DNA of 64,000 bases from a bacterium (GCA_963692865.2 OY843592.1:1696001-1760000), one strand, 5' to 3'; shown: positions 20,768 to 29,887, counted from the first letter of the stretch. Notes: generated from the letters alone by a model not told the origin. A program made the numbers and translations.

Positions 20768-21457
20768 TTATTGTTTCCGTACCAAAACGATATTGAAATT
20801 ACCCAACTCATACGCTTTTCCCCAGGAAACCTTTTTGAGCGCAATGATCAAAGAGGGTCTGGCGCGTTCATGGTCGCCCAGTCTCGGGTCGCCCTGAAAA
20901 TATAGTTGCGTCACCAGGGGCTGGTAATCGGAGTGGCGGATGTAAAAATGAATGTGTGACGGCCTCGCCCAGAAGCCGAAGCCGTAACGCCCCGGATGCA
21001 CGGTTTCGAACTGATAAAGGCCTCGCCGAGTGGTGCGCATGCGCGCCCTGTAGAGATAATTCTCCTTCTCGTCCATGCCGTGGTAGCTGCCGCTGTCATC
21101 CGCCTGCCATACGTCGATAGTCGCGCCCTCGATCGTTTTCCGGGTGTTGTGCCCATAGACGCGGCCGCGGATGATCATCGGCGTGCCCGGCGCGTCCTTG
21201 GGCACCAAATAGCCGCGATAAGGAGCCCCTTCCTTGTAGAAGGGTCCCATGGAGTCCGAGGCGGTCGGCTTTCGCGCACTGGACGGCGCTTCGTCTGATT
21301 TTTTGCCTTGCGCGATGAGGAATTTTCCGAATTCCCCCAGTTCCCCGTAAGCGGGTGTGGGGGCGAGGGTTTCCCGAAGCGCGAAGGCCCCCGTGCCGAG
21401 CGCGGTCAGGCCAAGCAGGGAGTTTTTCAGCAATTCTCGTCTGTTCCATTTTCTCAT
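20768..21457 (-). CDS. Intradiol ring-cleavage dioxygenase family protein with a Tat signal peptide
   Basis: NRRELLK twin-arginine motif. GPFY, DVWQAD..G.Y, PGRY, RPSHIHF and TQLYF.GDP. Confidence 0.85.
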   Translation of the reverse strand: MRKWNRRELLKNSLLGLTALGTGAFALRETLAPTPAYGELGEFGKFLIAQGKKSDEAPSSARKPTASDSMGPFYKEGAPYRGYLVPKDAPGTPMIIRGRVYGHNTRKTIEGATIDVWQADDSGSYHGMDEKENYLYRARMRTTRRGLYQFETVHPGRYGFGFWARPSHIHFYIRHSDYQPLVTQLYFQGDPRLGDHERARPSLIIALKKVSWGKAYELGNFNIVLVRKQ

Positions 21458-21652
21458 GGCGAAATTCTCTGGCGGCGGGGCGAAGCTTCTCAGGGAAAAT
21501 TACCATTTCAGAGCAAGAAGGTTCCAGCGCTGGGAATTCACACGCCATATACCTACCAGAGCGTTACCTCAACGCTGGCGCGAGAGTGCTTGAAAATACA
21601 GGCTTTCCGGCGCAGTTACTTCCCCGTGCGCCTCATTTTGGAGAAAACGAAA

Positions 21653-22039
21653 TCAGCCGCGCTGGGCCATTTCGATGCTGATGTTGTCGGGACCCTTGAT
21701 GAAGGCGATTTTCACCCCCGGGCGTATCTCCCAGGGCTCGCAAATCCACTCGGCGCCCTTTTCGGTCAACTCTTTTTGCGCCTCATCCATGTCGTCGACC
21801 AGGAGCCCGAAATGATCCAGCCCGTAGCGGGGTTCGGAGCCGGTCCGCACCGGGTCTTCTCCTTCCGCCCTGCCCGAGACGAGAAACACCATGCCGTTCA
21901 GGTCCATGTTGAACGACGGAGCGCCGCCCAGCTTTCTTTCCTCCAGGACGGTGGCGCCGAACATGTCGATCCAGAAATCGCGGGCGGCGTGCGGGTCTTC
22001 GCTCCTGAAGTGGAGATGGTCGTATGAGTATCTGGCCAT
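21653..22039 (-). CDS. VOC (glyoxalase/bleomycin resistance) family protein
   Basis: DHLH, GLDHFGLLVDD and AFIKGPDNISIE motifs. Confidence 0.88.
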   Translation of the reverse strand: MARYSYDHLHFRSEDPHAARDFWIDMFGATVLEERKLGGAPSFNMDLNGMVFLVSGRAEGEDPVRTGSEPRYGLDHFGLLVDDMDEAQKELTEKGAEWICEPWEIRPGVKIAFIKGPDNISIEMAQRG

Positions 22040-22163
22040 GCGGGAATCCCCTCTCGATAAGCTGTGAACTTCGGGTTCGATGCGTGTCCGGTCGTCTATC
22101 GGCTTGATAAGCCTTGGATTCTAAGGATTGCGGCCAGGAGCGGCAAGGGGCTGGATTCCAGGT

Positions 22164-22805
22164 CTAGCCGGGTCCGCCCTCTTCTTCCTGTATGAGTTTC
22201 TCCGCCTCGGCCATCTCGTGGAATAGAGCGCAGGTAGCCGAGAAATCCCTCTCCAGCTTGTCGAAAAGCTCCCGGATTTGCCCGGGTGAGACGACTTTCG
22301 AGAGTTGGCCGTGGACCGCCTGCCAGGCGGGCGTACCGTGGTCGCCGCGCTGAAAATCCGTTTCTTCGCTCGCCGTTATGGCGTCGTAGACCTCGTGTTC
22401 GTGTTCGAGTATATCCCGGAGCACCGGTTCGTAGTTCGGGTCGTCGGATTCAAGATATCGCATGAGGTAGTGCCTGAATTCCGGCTCTTTTTCCACCGGC
22501 TGCGGGTCGGACATCTCGCGCAGAACCCGGCACGTGGCGGAGAAATCCTTCTCCAGGCGCTCGAAAAGCTGCTCGATGTGGAAGGGGGTGAGAATGTCCG
22601 TAAGTTCCGTAAAAACAACGTGCCACATGTGGGGAAGCCGCTCCCCGCGGGTCGATTCCGCGCCCTCGCCGACGGTGCTCTCGTCATAGACTTCATGCTC
22701 GTGTTCGAGCAGATCCATGAGCACCGGCTCGTAGTTCGGGTCGGCCGAATGGAGGTAGCGCATGAGATAGGGCTTGAATTTCCGTACCTTATGGCGTCTG
22801 GGCAT
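22164..22805 (-). CDS. Hypothetical acidic protein made of two 100-aa internal repeats
   Basis: YLMRYL.S.DPNYEPVL.D.LEHEHEVYD...LF..LE.DFSATC occurs twice, with a 300-bp DNA period. Confidence 0.75.
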   Translation of the reverse strand: MPRRHKVRKFKPYLMRYLHSADPNYEPVLMDLLEHEHEVYDESTVGEGAESTRGERLPHMWHVVFTELTDILTPFHIEQLFERLEKDFSATCRVLREMSDPQPVEKEPEFRHYLMRYLESDDPNYEPVLRDILEHEHEVYDAITASEETDFQRGDHGTPAWQAVHGQLSKVVSPGQIRELFDKLERDFSATCALFHEMAEAEKLIQEEEGGPG

Positions 22806-22922
22806 CGCGTCTTTTCCTATACGGGATCCTTGAAAGTAAAGCACCCATTATACCACCAAACCAGCTGCCTCGCTCGGGAAAATCATTCCCCGGGCGCTTA
22901 CCCTCTTCCATGCCGAGGAGCG

Positions 22923-23777
22923 CTATTGCGGCCGATGTCCACCGAAGGCCCCGGCGATGCCGGAGCGCTCGAATATCCCGCCGACCTCTTCCTGGTTCGG
23001 CCCGTAGAAATTGCCCTCGATCGTGTCGCCGACCGCGCCGCGCCGGGCAAAGCCCCCGTCCTTGACCGCCATGCCGGTCCAGTTCATGTCGCCGTAGGTC
23101 GCGCCCGTATGCGCGTTGGACAAGTCCGTGAAGGTGACGTCCGCCTGCATCCCCGACTGCTCCATCTTGACGGAGACCGCCGCGTCGCCCTGGATGACGG
23201 ACTCCAGGCTGGACGTGACGCTGGAGTCCCGCCCGACGACGAAACCACGCCATTGCGCGCCGCCTTCGGGCGCCGCCGGGTTTTCGCCCGCGCCGTTGCC
23301 CAGCGTGTACGAGTAGAAGACGGTGGTACCGTAATTCGGGTTTTCCTTGTCCGTGAACAGGTTGGCCTGCGAGGCGAAGAAGCCGTGCTGCATCCACCCG
23401 CCGAACACCGTGACGTCGGTGTCATTCACGTTGGCGCCTTCCGAATCGCCGCGCTCCACGACGAGCCGCACGCCGTTCCTCCCGGGCAGAACCTCCAGGT
23501 CCACGTTCGAGGTGCTGAAATTCTTCGTGGAGAAAACGCGGCCGAACCCAAGGGAGCAACTCGCCTCACGGCACACGGTGGGCACGCGCTCCGCGGTCGT
23601 CGCACCGGCGCGGTAGCCCAGCGCGTCTCCGAAGAGAATGATGTTGGCGTTCCCGGCTATCCTGGCGTAGTCCGACCGCGCAATCTGCTCCGCCGTCGGA
23701 CGACCGCCGCTGTTCAGACACCCTGCCAGCGTGACCAGGGAAAGCGCCGTCAAGACTAGAATCGCTAATGTCCTCAT
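22923..23777 (-). CDS. Lipoprotein with a TbpB/HpuA-like C-terminal beta-barrel
   Basis: Lipobox LAGC after MRTLAILVLTALSLVT. C-terminal GNFYGPNQEEVGG.F...GAFGG. GGAGG RBS at 23788-23792. Confidence 0.75.
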   Translation of the reverse strand: MRTLAILVLTALSLVTLAGCLNSGGRPTAEQIARSDYARIAGNANIILFGDALGYRAGATTAERVPTVCREASCSLGFGRVFSTKNFSTSNVDLEVLPGRNGVRLVVERGDSEGANVNDTDVTVFGGWMQHGFFASQANLFTDKENPNYGTTVFYSYTLGNGAGENPAAPEGGAQWRGFVVGRDSSVTSSLESVIQGDAAVSVKMEQSGMQADVTFTDLSNAHTGATYGDMNWTGMAVKDGGFARRGAVGDTIEGNFYGPNQEEVGGIFERSGIAGAFGGHRPQ

Positions 23778-24535
23778 GCGTCGTTTTCCTCCATGTTTGT
23801 TTTGCCGATGTTGTTCGTTTTTGCGTTTCTTGTTGGTCTTCACAGCGCCTTCGTGTGTTCCCGTCGCCGGGCGTCGCGCCGATGGAAGTCCCGGCGTATG
23901 ACAGAAAGCCCGCACCCGGCCACGCCGCATTGCGCGGCCCCGACGATACCGGCGACCCACACGGAGGCTCGTTGCACTGCGAGGGTTGCGGTTCCGTCAT
24001 TCGATTTTTCCCGTAAGCCCCTGCGGAATAACTTACCCAACCAGTCGTGCCCAGAGCGCACGGAAGGGCAAAGCACCTCCTCGGCGTATCTCGTCGAAAG
24101 CGCTGATTTTTCGCATACCCGGTTCCCGACCGCTCTGCTTTTCGTCTCGGAATTACTTACCCCTTCAGGGGGAAGTAACGAAGGCTCAATTATAATAAGA
24201 ATAATGAAATTTCAGGGGAGAATAAAGAAAAATCTCACTGTCTGGCCAGCCGGCGATCCGACGAGAAAGCCGCCGCGTTTCAACGGTTCTGCGAAGCGGA
24301 CAGGGCGGGGGTGCGGTGGATGAATTCCCGAAGCGCCTCGTTCCGGTCTTCCGGTCCCGCCATGGTTTCTTGATGTCGATCTTCCTTCGCGTGCGCTCTC
24401 CCCTGAACTGCGCCGCCGGTTTGTTGTATGATGGACGCGGGAGCAGAGGTTTCACGCCCCTCCGGCATCGCCCGGGGTGGGCCGTGAGTCGCGTGTGGCC
24501 GTCTACACGACTACCAGTTCAATCATGACAGGGAG

Positions 24536-25663
24536 ATGACGATGGAAGATGTGCGCGTGGAGCGGATGGCGGAGATCATCACGGGGTATTCCTCAAAAAT
24601 TAAGCGGGGCGATCTCGTGGGCATCCGGGGCAGCACGGCCGCCGCTCCCCTGGTTCGCGCGCTCTACGCCGAGTGCGTCCGGCGCGGCGCGCATGTCTAC
24701 ACCGAGATGTCGCTGCCGGGGCTGGAAGAGATTTTCTATGAGCACGCCACCCGCAGGCAGCTGGAATATCTCTCGCCCTTGAGGAAGTTCGAAGTCGAAA
24801 ACGTGGACGTCGTCATCTCCATACTCTCTGAGACGAACACCCGGCGGCTCTCGGGCGCGGATCCCAGAAAACAGGCGATGGCTTCGAAGGCCAGGCAGCC
24901 CGTCATGGAAACCTTCATGAAGCGCGCCGCGGAGCATGAAAAGAAGGGCAAGGGGGGCCTCCGGTGGACGCTCACCCTTTTCCCCACCGAAGCCTACGCC
25001 CAGGACGCGGAGATGGGGATCAGGGAATACGAGGATTTCGTCTTCGGCGCGTGCTTCGCAAACGAGGAAGGCGGCATCAGGCGCTGGCGGGCGCAGGACA
25101 GGCGTCAGGCGCGGGTCATCCGCTACTTGAAGGGTCGTAAACTCGTGGAAATCGGCGCGCCGGGCACGGATCTCCGGGTCGGCATCGCGGGTCGTCCGTT
25201 CATGAACTGCTCGGGGCACAACAATTTCCCGGACGGCGAAGTCTTCACCGGCCCGCAGGAGAAGAGGATCGACGGCAAGATCCGCTATTCCTTCCCCGCC
25301 TGCATCCAGGGGCGCGAGGTGGAGGGCGTGGAACTCGAATTCGCGAAGGGCGAGGTCGTGAAGGCGACGGCCCAGAAGAACGAGGCGTTCCTGAAATCCA
25401 TGATCGGCATGGACGACGGCGCCAGGAGGGTGGGAGAGTTCGCCTTCGGCCTGAACGCCGGCATCCAGCGTTTTACGAAGAACACGCTGTTCGACGAGAA
25501 GATCGGCGGCACCCTGCACCTGGCCCTCGGCAAGGGCTACCCCCAGAGCGGATCGAAAAACAACTCCGCCCTGCACTGGGACATGGTGTGCGATTTAAGG
25601 GACGGCGGCGAGGTCTATGTGGACGGAAAGCTCTTCTCGAAAGACGGCGAACTCCAGATTTAG
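24536..25663 (+). CDS. Aminopeptidase, peptidase M29 (AmpS/AmpT/PepS family)
   Basis: NFPDGEVFTGP, GEFAFG.N, LFDEKIGGTLHLALG and SALHWDMV motifs. Confidence 0.92.
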   Translation: MTMEDVRVERMAEIITGYSSKIKRGDLVGIRGSTAAAPLVRALYAECVRRGAHVYTEMSLPGLEEIFYEHATRRQLEYLSPLRKFEVENVDVVISILSETNTRRLSGADPRKQAMASKARQPVMETFMKRAAEHEKKGKGGLRWTLTLFPTEAYAQDAEMGIREYEDFVFGACFANEEGGIRRWRAQDRRQARVIRYLKGRKLVEIGAPGTDLRVGIAGRPFMNCSGHNNFPDGEVFTGPQEKRIDGKIRYSFPACIQGREVEGVELEFAKGEVVKATAQKNEAFLKSMIGMDDGARRVGEFAFGLNAGIQRFTKNTLFDEKIGGTLHLALGKGYPQSGSKNNSALHWDMVCDLRDGGEVYVDGKLFSKDGELQI

Positions 25664-25761
25664 CCGGACGGATGAAACCCCATTCTCATAGGTCTCGGGG
25701 ATAGCCGCAAAACCTTCAAGATGCTATTCTCCACGCGCCGTTTTTCGATACACACCTAAAG

Positions 25762-25837
25762 GGGCGGGTAGCTCAGCTGGAAGAGCGGTGCCCTTACAAG
25801 GCATAGGTCGGAGGTTCGAACCCTCTCCCGCCCACCA
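25762..25837 (+). tRNA. tRNA-Val (TAC), copy 1
   Basis: Acceptor stem gggcggg/cccgccc, D-arm agctcagctggaagagc, anticodon arm gtgcc-ctTACaa-ggcat, T-loop gttcgaa, encoded CCA. Confidence 0.97.
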
Positions 25838-25850
25838 ATTAGTGGATGAA

Positions 25851-26598
25851 TCAATTCCGGATTCCACTCCGTCGACTGACGCGATTCAGGCGACGCTCAA
25901 AATACCTGCGGAACACTTCGTTTTCGGGATAGGCTTCCGGCTCCGCCCAAATCGATCCGATTCGTCCAACCAGCCCCGCAATCCAATCGGCGGCCTGTAT
26001 GGTTTGATAGCGGTGGCTCTCCAGATGAAACGGCTGCTCTATCAGACTTCGGTACGACCGAATTCCATACATGCTTTGCGCCGCTTTGATAAGTAAAGCC
26101 GAGCTGTGCACGTGTTCGTCGAGAGCCAAAAGAAAATTATCCGGCGGCTTGCAATCTACTGCGCAGAACCCATCAATCCGTTTGATTGCCTCAACGAGTA
26201 TCCGTTCGTAGAGCTGATTTGGCTTGTGAAGATCAGGGTCGTCGCTTTTCTTGACTCCAACGTAGAACACGAAACCGCCGAGTTTTCTGATCTTGTTGAA
26301 CAAGCGGTTTGTGAATGTTCGCAATTCAGGGTACTTGTTTACATTGGTTGCCGTATAAAGACTGGCCCCCTTTTTCTCCCACTGGGCAGGATTTTTTCCC
26401 GATAGTTTAATCTCGAAATCGAGCAATTCGCATTTGCGCTGAAAAAACCATGTCCCGAACCCACGTACTTCATCAGATGGAAGTACGAAGCCGGCAAGGC
26501 CAAACACGGGGCTGTCATTGTGTGTCGGGTGGCTCCGACTTCCGACTGATATAAGGTCCGATATGTCCAAATTCGTCAAGATAGGCGATGTAAGTCAA
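25851..26598 (-). pseudogene. DUF3800-domain protein, frameshifted by a 7-bp tandem duplication
   Basis: The N-terminal YIAYLDEFGH.GPYISR (from TTG 26598) and the body SHP..NDSPVFGLAG...IQAADW are in different frames, joined at tccgact x2 (26534-26547). N-terminal DE and C-terminal QxxD motifs are characteristic of DUF3800. Confidence 0.8.
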
Positions 26599-26614
26599 TG
26601 ATCGACCCAAGAAC

Positions 26615-26700
26615 GCAAAAACGCGAAAACCCACGCCGGAGCGTGGGTCTCGGAATGAAGGGTAATCCTGTCATGACAGACAGGAATACGTCTCAAGGAG
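26615..26700 (-). ncRNA. Candidate DUF3800-associated structured RNA ending in a terminator
   Basis: Hairpin at 26662-26689, then a terminator-like stem at 26629-26648 with T-runs on the minus strand, just upstream of the DUF3800 start. Confidence 0.5.
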
Positions 26701-26743
26701 ATATATAAGTCATCGTATTGACATTGTCAAACGGGGCCTTCAG

Positions 26744-27040
26744 GAGATTGTTGAAAAAGTTCCCTCGATGCGGGAAAACCACCGTCATTCCGGCGAAAGC
26801 CGGAATCCATTTTTACGCCTTTTGCTTTTCGTCGGGGTTCCCGCGCATCGCCGGGGAAGGAAATGCCGCGGTGTATCCACCCGCATCCGCAAATGGATTC
26901 CGGCTTTCGCCGGAATGACGAACAAAGCTGCATTCGCTCGTAGGGGCGGTTCGCGAACTGTGGGACAACCCCGAGGAGGGGTTGTCACTACAATCCCATC
27001 GTTTCGAACCTTCATTTATCAGGACTTTTTCAACAACCCC
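26744..27040. mobile_element. MITE-like element with IS1182-type ends, carrying CGTC- and GTAG-type palindromic repeats
   Basis: Ends tgttgaaaaag / ctttttcaacaacccc. Internal cgtcattccggcgaaagccggaatcca ... tggattccggctttcgccggaatgacg and gtaggggcggttcgcgaac. Confidence 0.7.
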
Positions 27041-27045
27041 CACAG

Positions 27046-27121
27046 GGGCGGGTAGCTCAGCTGGAAGAGCGGTGCCCTTACAAGGCATAGGTCGGAGGTT
27101 CGAACCCTCTCCCGCCCACCA
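27046..27121 (+). tRNA. tRNA-Val (TAC), copy 2 (identical to copy 1)
   Basis: Same 76-nt sequence as 25762-25837. Confidence 0.97.
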
Positions 27122-27147
27122 ATGCAAAATGGCTTGGCAGAGTCGGG

Positions 27148-27567
27148 CTATTGGAAGATCAACTGCCAAGAAACACCGAATCGATCCTGCACCCAGGCGT
27201 ATTTCCGGCTGAACTCATAACTGTCCAGAGGCATCAGCACGGCTCCATCGTCTGAGAGGCGCGCGGCCAGGCGCTCGACTTCCGCCTCCGTGCCGGATGT
27301 CACAAAAAGCGAAACGGAAGGGGTGAAGCCGAAGTCATGTTTCACCGGAGAGTCGAAGCAGCGCATCGCACGGCCTGCGAGCGTGAATTGCGCCGACTTG
27401 ATCTTTCCCGCAGCACCTGGTTCGTCCTTTCCCCAACGCTCGACGCTATCCACCGAGCTCTCCGGAAAGGATTCGACGTAAAACCGCATCGCCTCTTCGG
27501 CGTCGCCTTCGAACATCAGGCAGGGTGCGATTCGGGGAGACTCCAGTGGCGCTTCTCTTGTCATCAT
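27148..27567 (-). CDS. VOC family protein (PhnB / 3-demethylubiquinone-9 3-methyltransferase-like)
   Basis: PCLMF.GDAEEAMRFY, FTPSVSLFV and WVQDRFGVSWQL motifs. Confidence 0.9.
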   Translation of the reverse strand: MMTREAPLESPRIAPCLMFEGDAEEAMRFYVESFPESSVDSVERWGKDEPGAAGKIKSAQFTLAGRAMRCFDSPVKHDFGFTPSVSLFVTSGTEAEVERLAARLSDDGAVLMPLDSYEFSRKYAWVQDRFGVSWQLIFQ

Positions 27568-27640
27568 GGCACTCCTGAGGATGGGCTCTTACGAATCGAA
27601 TTTGCTGGTTGGTTTCTTAAATTTCCGACCGCTCCATCAT

Positions 27641-28373
27641 GGGTTGTTGAAAACCCCTTTCGCTCTCGGAAATTTCCCTCACAACCGGCCCTGCTGCGGA
27701 CTGCGCCCTTGAACAGCATAGCCAATCGACGAGAAAAAAAGAATCACTCCCCCCTTGAGGGGTCGGGCATCCCGAGGGGAATGCCCGATGAAAAATCCCC
27801 TCGATGCGGGAAAACCACCGTCATTCCGGTGTCGGAGCCGACCAAGGCGGGAGGGTTCGTCGGAATCCATTTTATGATTTTTGCTTTCGTTTTTGCATTT
27901 GATTCCGACTCGCGGGAGGGAGCGCCGCGCCCGAATCCGGAACGGATGAGGTGGATATATATGGCGGCGTTCGTATCTTCCCCGGCCGGGAGCGAGGACG
28001 GCCGGGCGAAGGGCCAAAGACAAAGGCGAAAATGGATTCCGGCTTTCGCCGGAATGACGAGCAAAGGCCGCTTCTGCGAACCAAGGATTTTCGTGTAGGG
28101 GTCGCATACGGGGTTATTGAACAAGCCTCTAGGAACGAGGGTTTGACGCGACCGATGAAGGAGGAAAAATCACTCCCCCCTTGCAGAGCGACCAACAACC
28201 ACTCCCCGCTTGAGGGGGAGTCGGTGAACTAAGGGCGTAAGCCCGCAAGTGAACCGGAGGGGGGTATAATTCGGAATGGCGATATAACGCATTTTACCCC
28301 CCACCGAATCGGCCTTCGCACAAACCGCTCGGCCTCTTCGTCGGGCTTTCCCCTCAGGAAGCCCGACCCTCAA
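27641..28373. repeat. Composite cluster of palindromic repeats (IS1182-type ends, CCCTTGAGGG family, CGTC family)
   Basis: TIR-like motifs at about 27641 and 28110. cactccccccttgaggg at 27745, with variants at 28171 and 28200. CGTC doublet at about 27820-28060. Confidence 0.75.
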
Positions 28374-29887
28374 GGGGCTGTTGAAAAACCCCTGGTAATA
28401 TGATCGAATGGATGAACGCCCACTCGCCCGAGATGGGAGTACCCCGGATGATGGGAAGCAATAAGCGCGGGCAGATGGATTTGTTCGTGGCCGGTTCTCT
28501 GGAACGGTTGGTTCCCGAGGATCACGTCCTGATGCGCGTGGACCGCGTGCTGGATTTGAGTTGGCTTCGGGAGGAGGTGGCGGATTGCTATTGCCTGGAC
28601 AACGGTCGTCCGGGGGTGGACCCGGAAGTGGCGCTGCGGTTGATGCTGGCGGGCATGCTGCTGGGCTACGTGCACGACCGGCGTCTGCTGCGCGAGGCGC
28701 AGGCGCACCTGGCGGTCCGGTGGTTCATCGGGTGCGGGCTGCACGAGGATTTGCCGCATCATTCGAGCCTGACGCGTATCCGTCAGCGCTGGGGTGAGGA
28801 GCGGTTCAAGGAGATATTCCGCCGCACGGTTCAGGCTTGCCTGGATGCGGGGGTGGCGAAGGGGGAAGTGGTTCACGTGGACGCGTCGTTGATCCGGGCG
28901 GACGTGAGTTGGGAGAGTCTGGCGGAGCGGCACGCGGAGGAGGTGATACGGGAGAACCCCGCCGCGGATGAGTCTGGGAAGAAGGGCGGCGGGGGTTCGG
29001 GGCCGGTGAGCCGTACGGACCCCGACGCGCGTCTGGCGCGCAAGAGCGCTCGGGCGGGGTTCGAGCCGAGCTACAAGCACCACGCGGTGGTGGACGATGC
29101 GCGTGGCGTTGTTCTGGACGTGGCGGTGACGGAGGGGACGGTGAACGAGCGGGAGGTGATTGAATCGCAGGTGGAAGCGGTGAGCGAGTTGTCGGGACGC
29201 GCGCCGGTGATGGTGACGGCGGATTCGGGGTATGCGTACTCGAAGGTATACGGTTTATTGGAGCGTCGGGGGGTGGATGGGCTGATACCGGCGAAGGGGG
29301 AGCCCACGCAGAGCCGTGTGCCGCTGCGCCGGTTCCGCTACGACGAGCGCCACGACATCGTGAAGTGTCCCGGGGGGAAGAAGCTGACCCCCCGGGGGGC
29401 GACGGAGCGGGGGCGGTGGTATGTATCGAGGACGCGCGATTGCGCGGGTTGCGCGCTTCGGGCGGATTGTCTGCCGAAGTCTCAAACGAGCAAGGCGGTG
29501 TTGATTCCGCACGAATATCCGTCGCTGTTGCGCGCGCGTCGGCGGCATGCGCGGTGGGGGGAGGAGGAGCGCCGGCTGTGGCGCCGGCACATGGGGCGTT
29601 CTGAGGGCTACCACGGCGAGGCGAAGAGTTGGCACGGACTGGGGCGGGCGGTGCGCCGGGGCCTTGCGAACATGCGGATCCAGGCCTGCCTGACGGCGAC
29701 TGCGGTGAACCTCAAGCGGCTCGCCGCCGCAGTAGCGGCGCGTTTATTCGCCCTGTGGCGGGTCTGGTTCGCCCGGAGACGCCGTCTGCGCGCGCATCGC
29801 GCCGTCTCACGCCGATTCGGCTTGCTCTCCGCCGCCGCGTGAACCGCCATATCACCCGCTTCCGAAACGGGGTTTTTCAACAGCCCC
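28374..29887 (+). mobile_element. IS1182-family insertion sequence
   Basis: Perfect 18-bp terminal inverted repeats ggggctgttgaaaaaccc / gggtttttcaacagcccc, flanked by a CTCAA direct repeat (28369-28373 and 29888-29892). Single transposase ORF. Confidence 0.92.
28448..29842 (+). CDS. IS1182-family DDE transposase
   Basis: LVPEDH.L, GRPGVDP, LPHHSSLTRIR, VHVDAS, TDPDA, ADSGY, Cys-rich insert, and E..HGEAK..HGLGRA..RGL..NLKR. Confidence 0.92.
   Translation: MMGSNKRGQMDLFVAGSLERLVPEDHVLMRVDRVLDLSWLREEVADCYCLDNGRPGVDPEVALRLMLAGMLLGYVHDRRLLREAQAHLAVRWFIGCGLHEDLPHHSSLTRIRQRWGEERFKEIFRRTVQACLDAGVAKGEVVHVDASLIRADVSWESLAERHAEEVIRENPAADESGKKGGGGSGPVSRTDPDARLARKSARAGFEPSYKHHAVVDDARGVVLDVAVTEGTVNEREVIESQVEAVSELSGRAPVMVTADSGYAYSKVYGLLERRGVDGLIPAKGEPTQSRVPLRRFRYDERHDIVKCPGGKKLTPRGATERGRWYVSRTRDCAGCALRADCLPKSQTSKAVLIPHEYPSLLRARRRHARWGEEERRLWRRHMGRSEGYHGEAKSWHGLGRAVRRGLANMRIQACLTATAVNLKRLAAAVAARLFALWRVWFARRRRLRAHRAVSRRFGLLSAAA

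Noticed and set aside
25760-27123. Prophage or integrative element with attL/attR at tRNA-Val
   Set aside because: No integrase or phage genes are present, the insert is only about 1.2 kb, and both tRNA copies are complete. Reported as a mini-island instead.
26718-28373. Short ORFs in the repeat clusters (peptides such as VIPAKAGI, SGFRRND, HSPLEG), also near 32.5, 43.6, 46.8, 57.1, 60.2 and 63.3 kb
   Set aside because: These are translations of palindromic repeats, with no RBS or family motifs.
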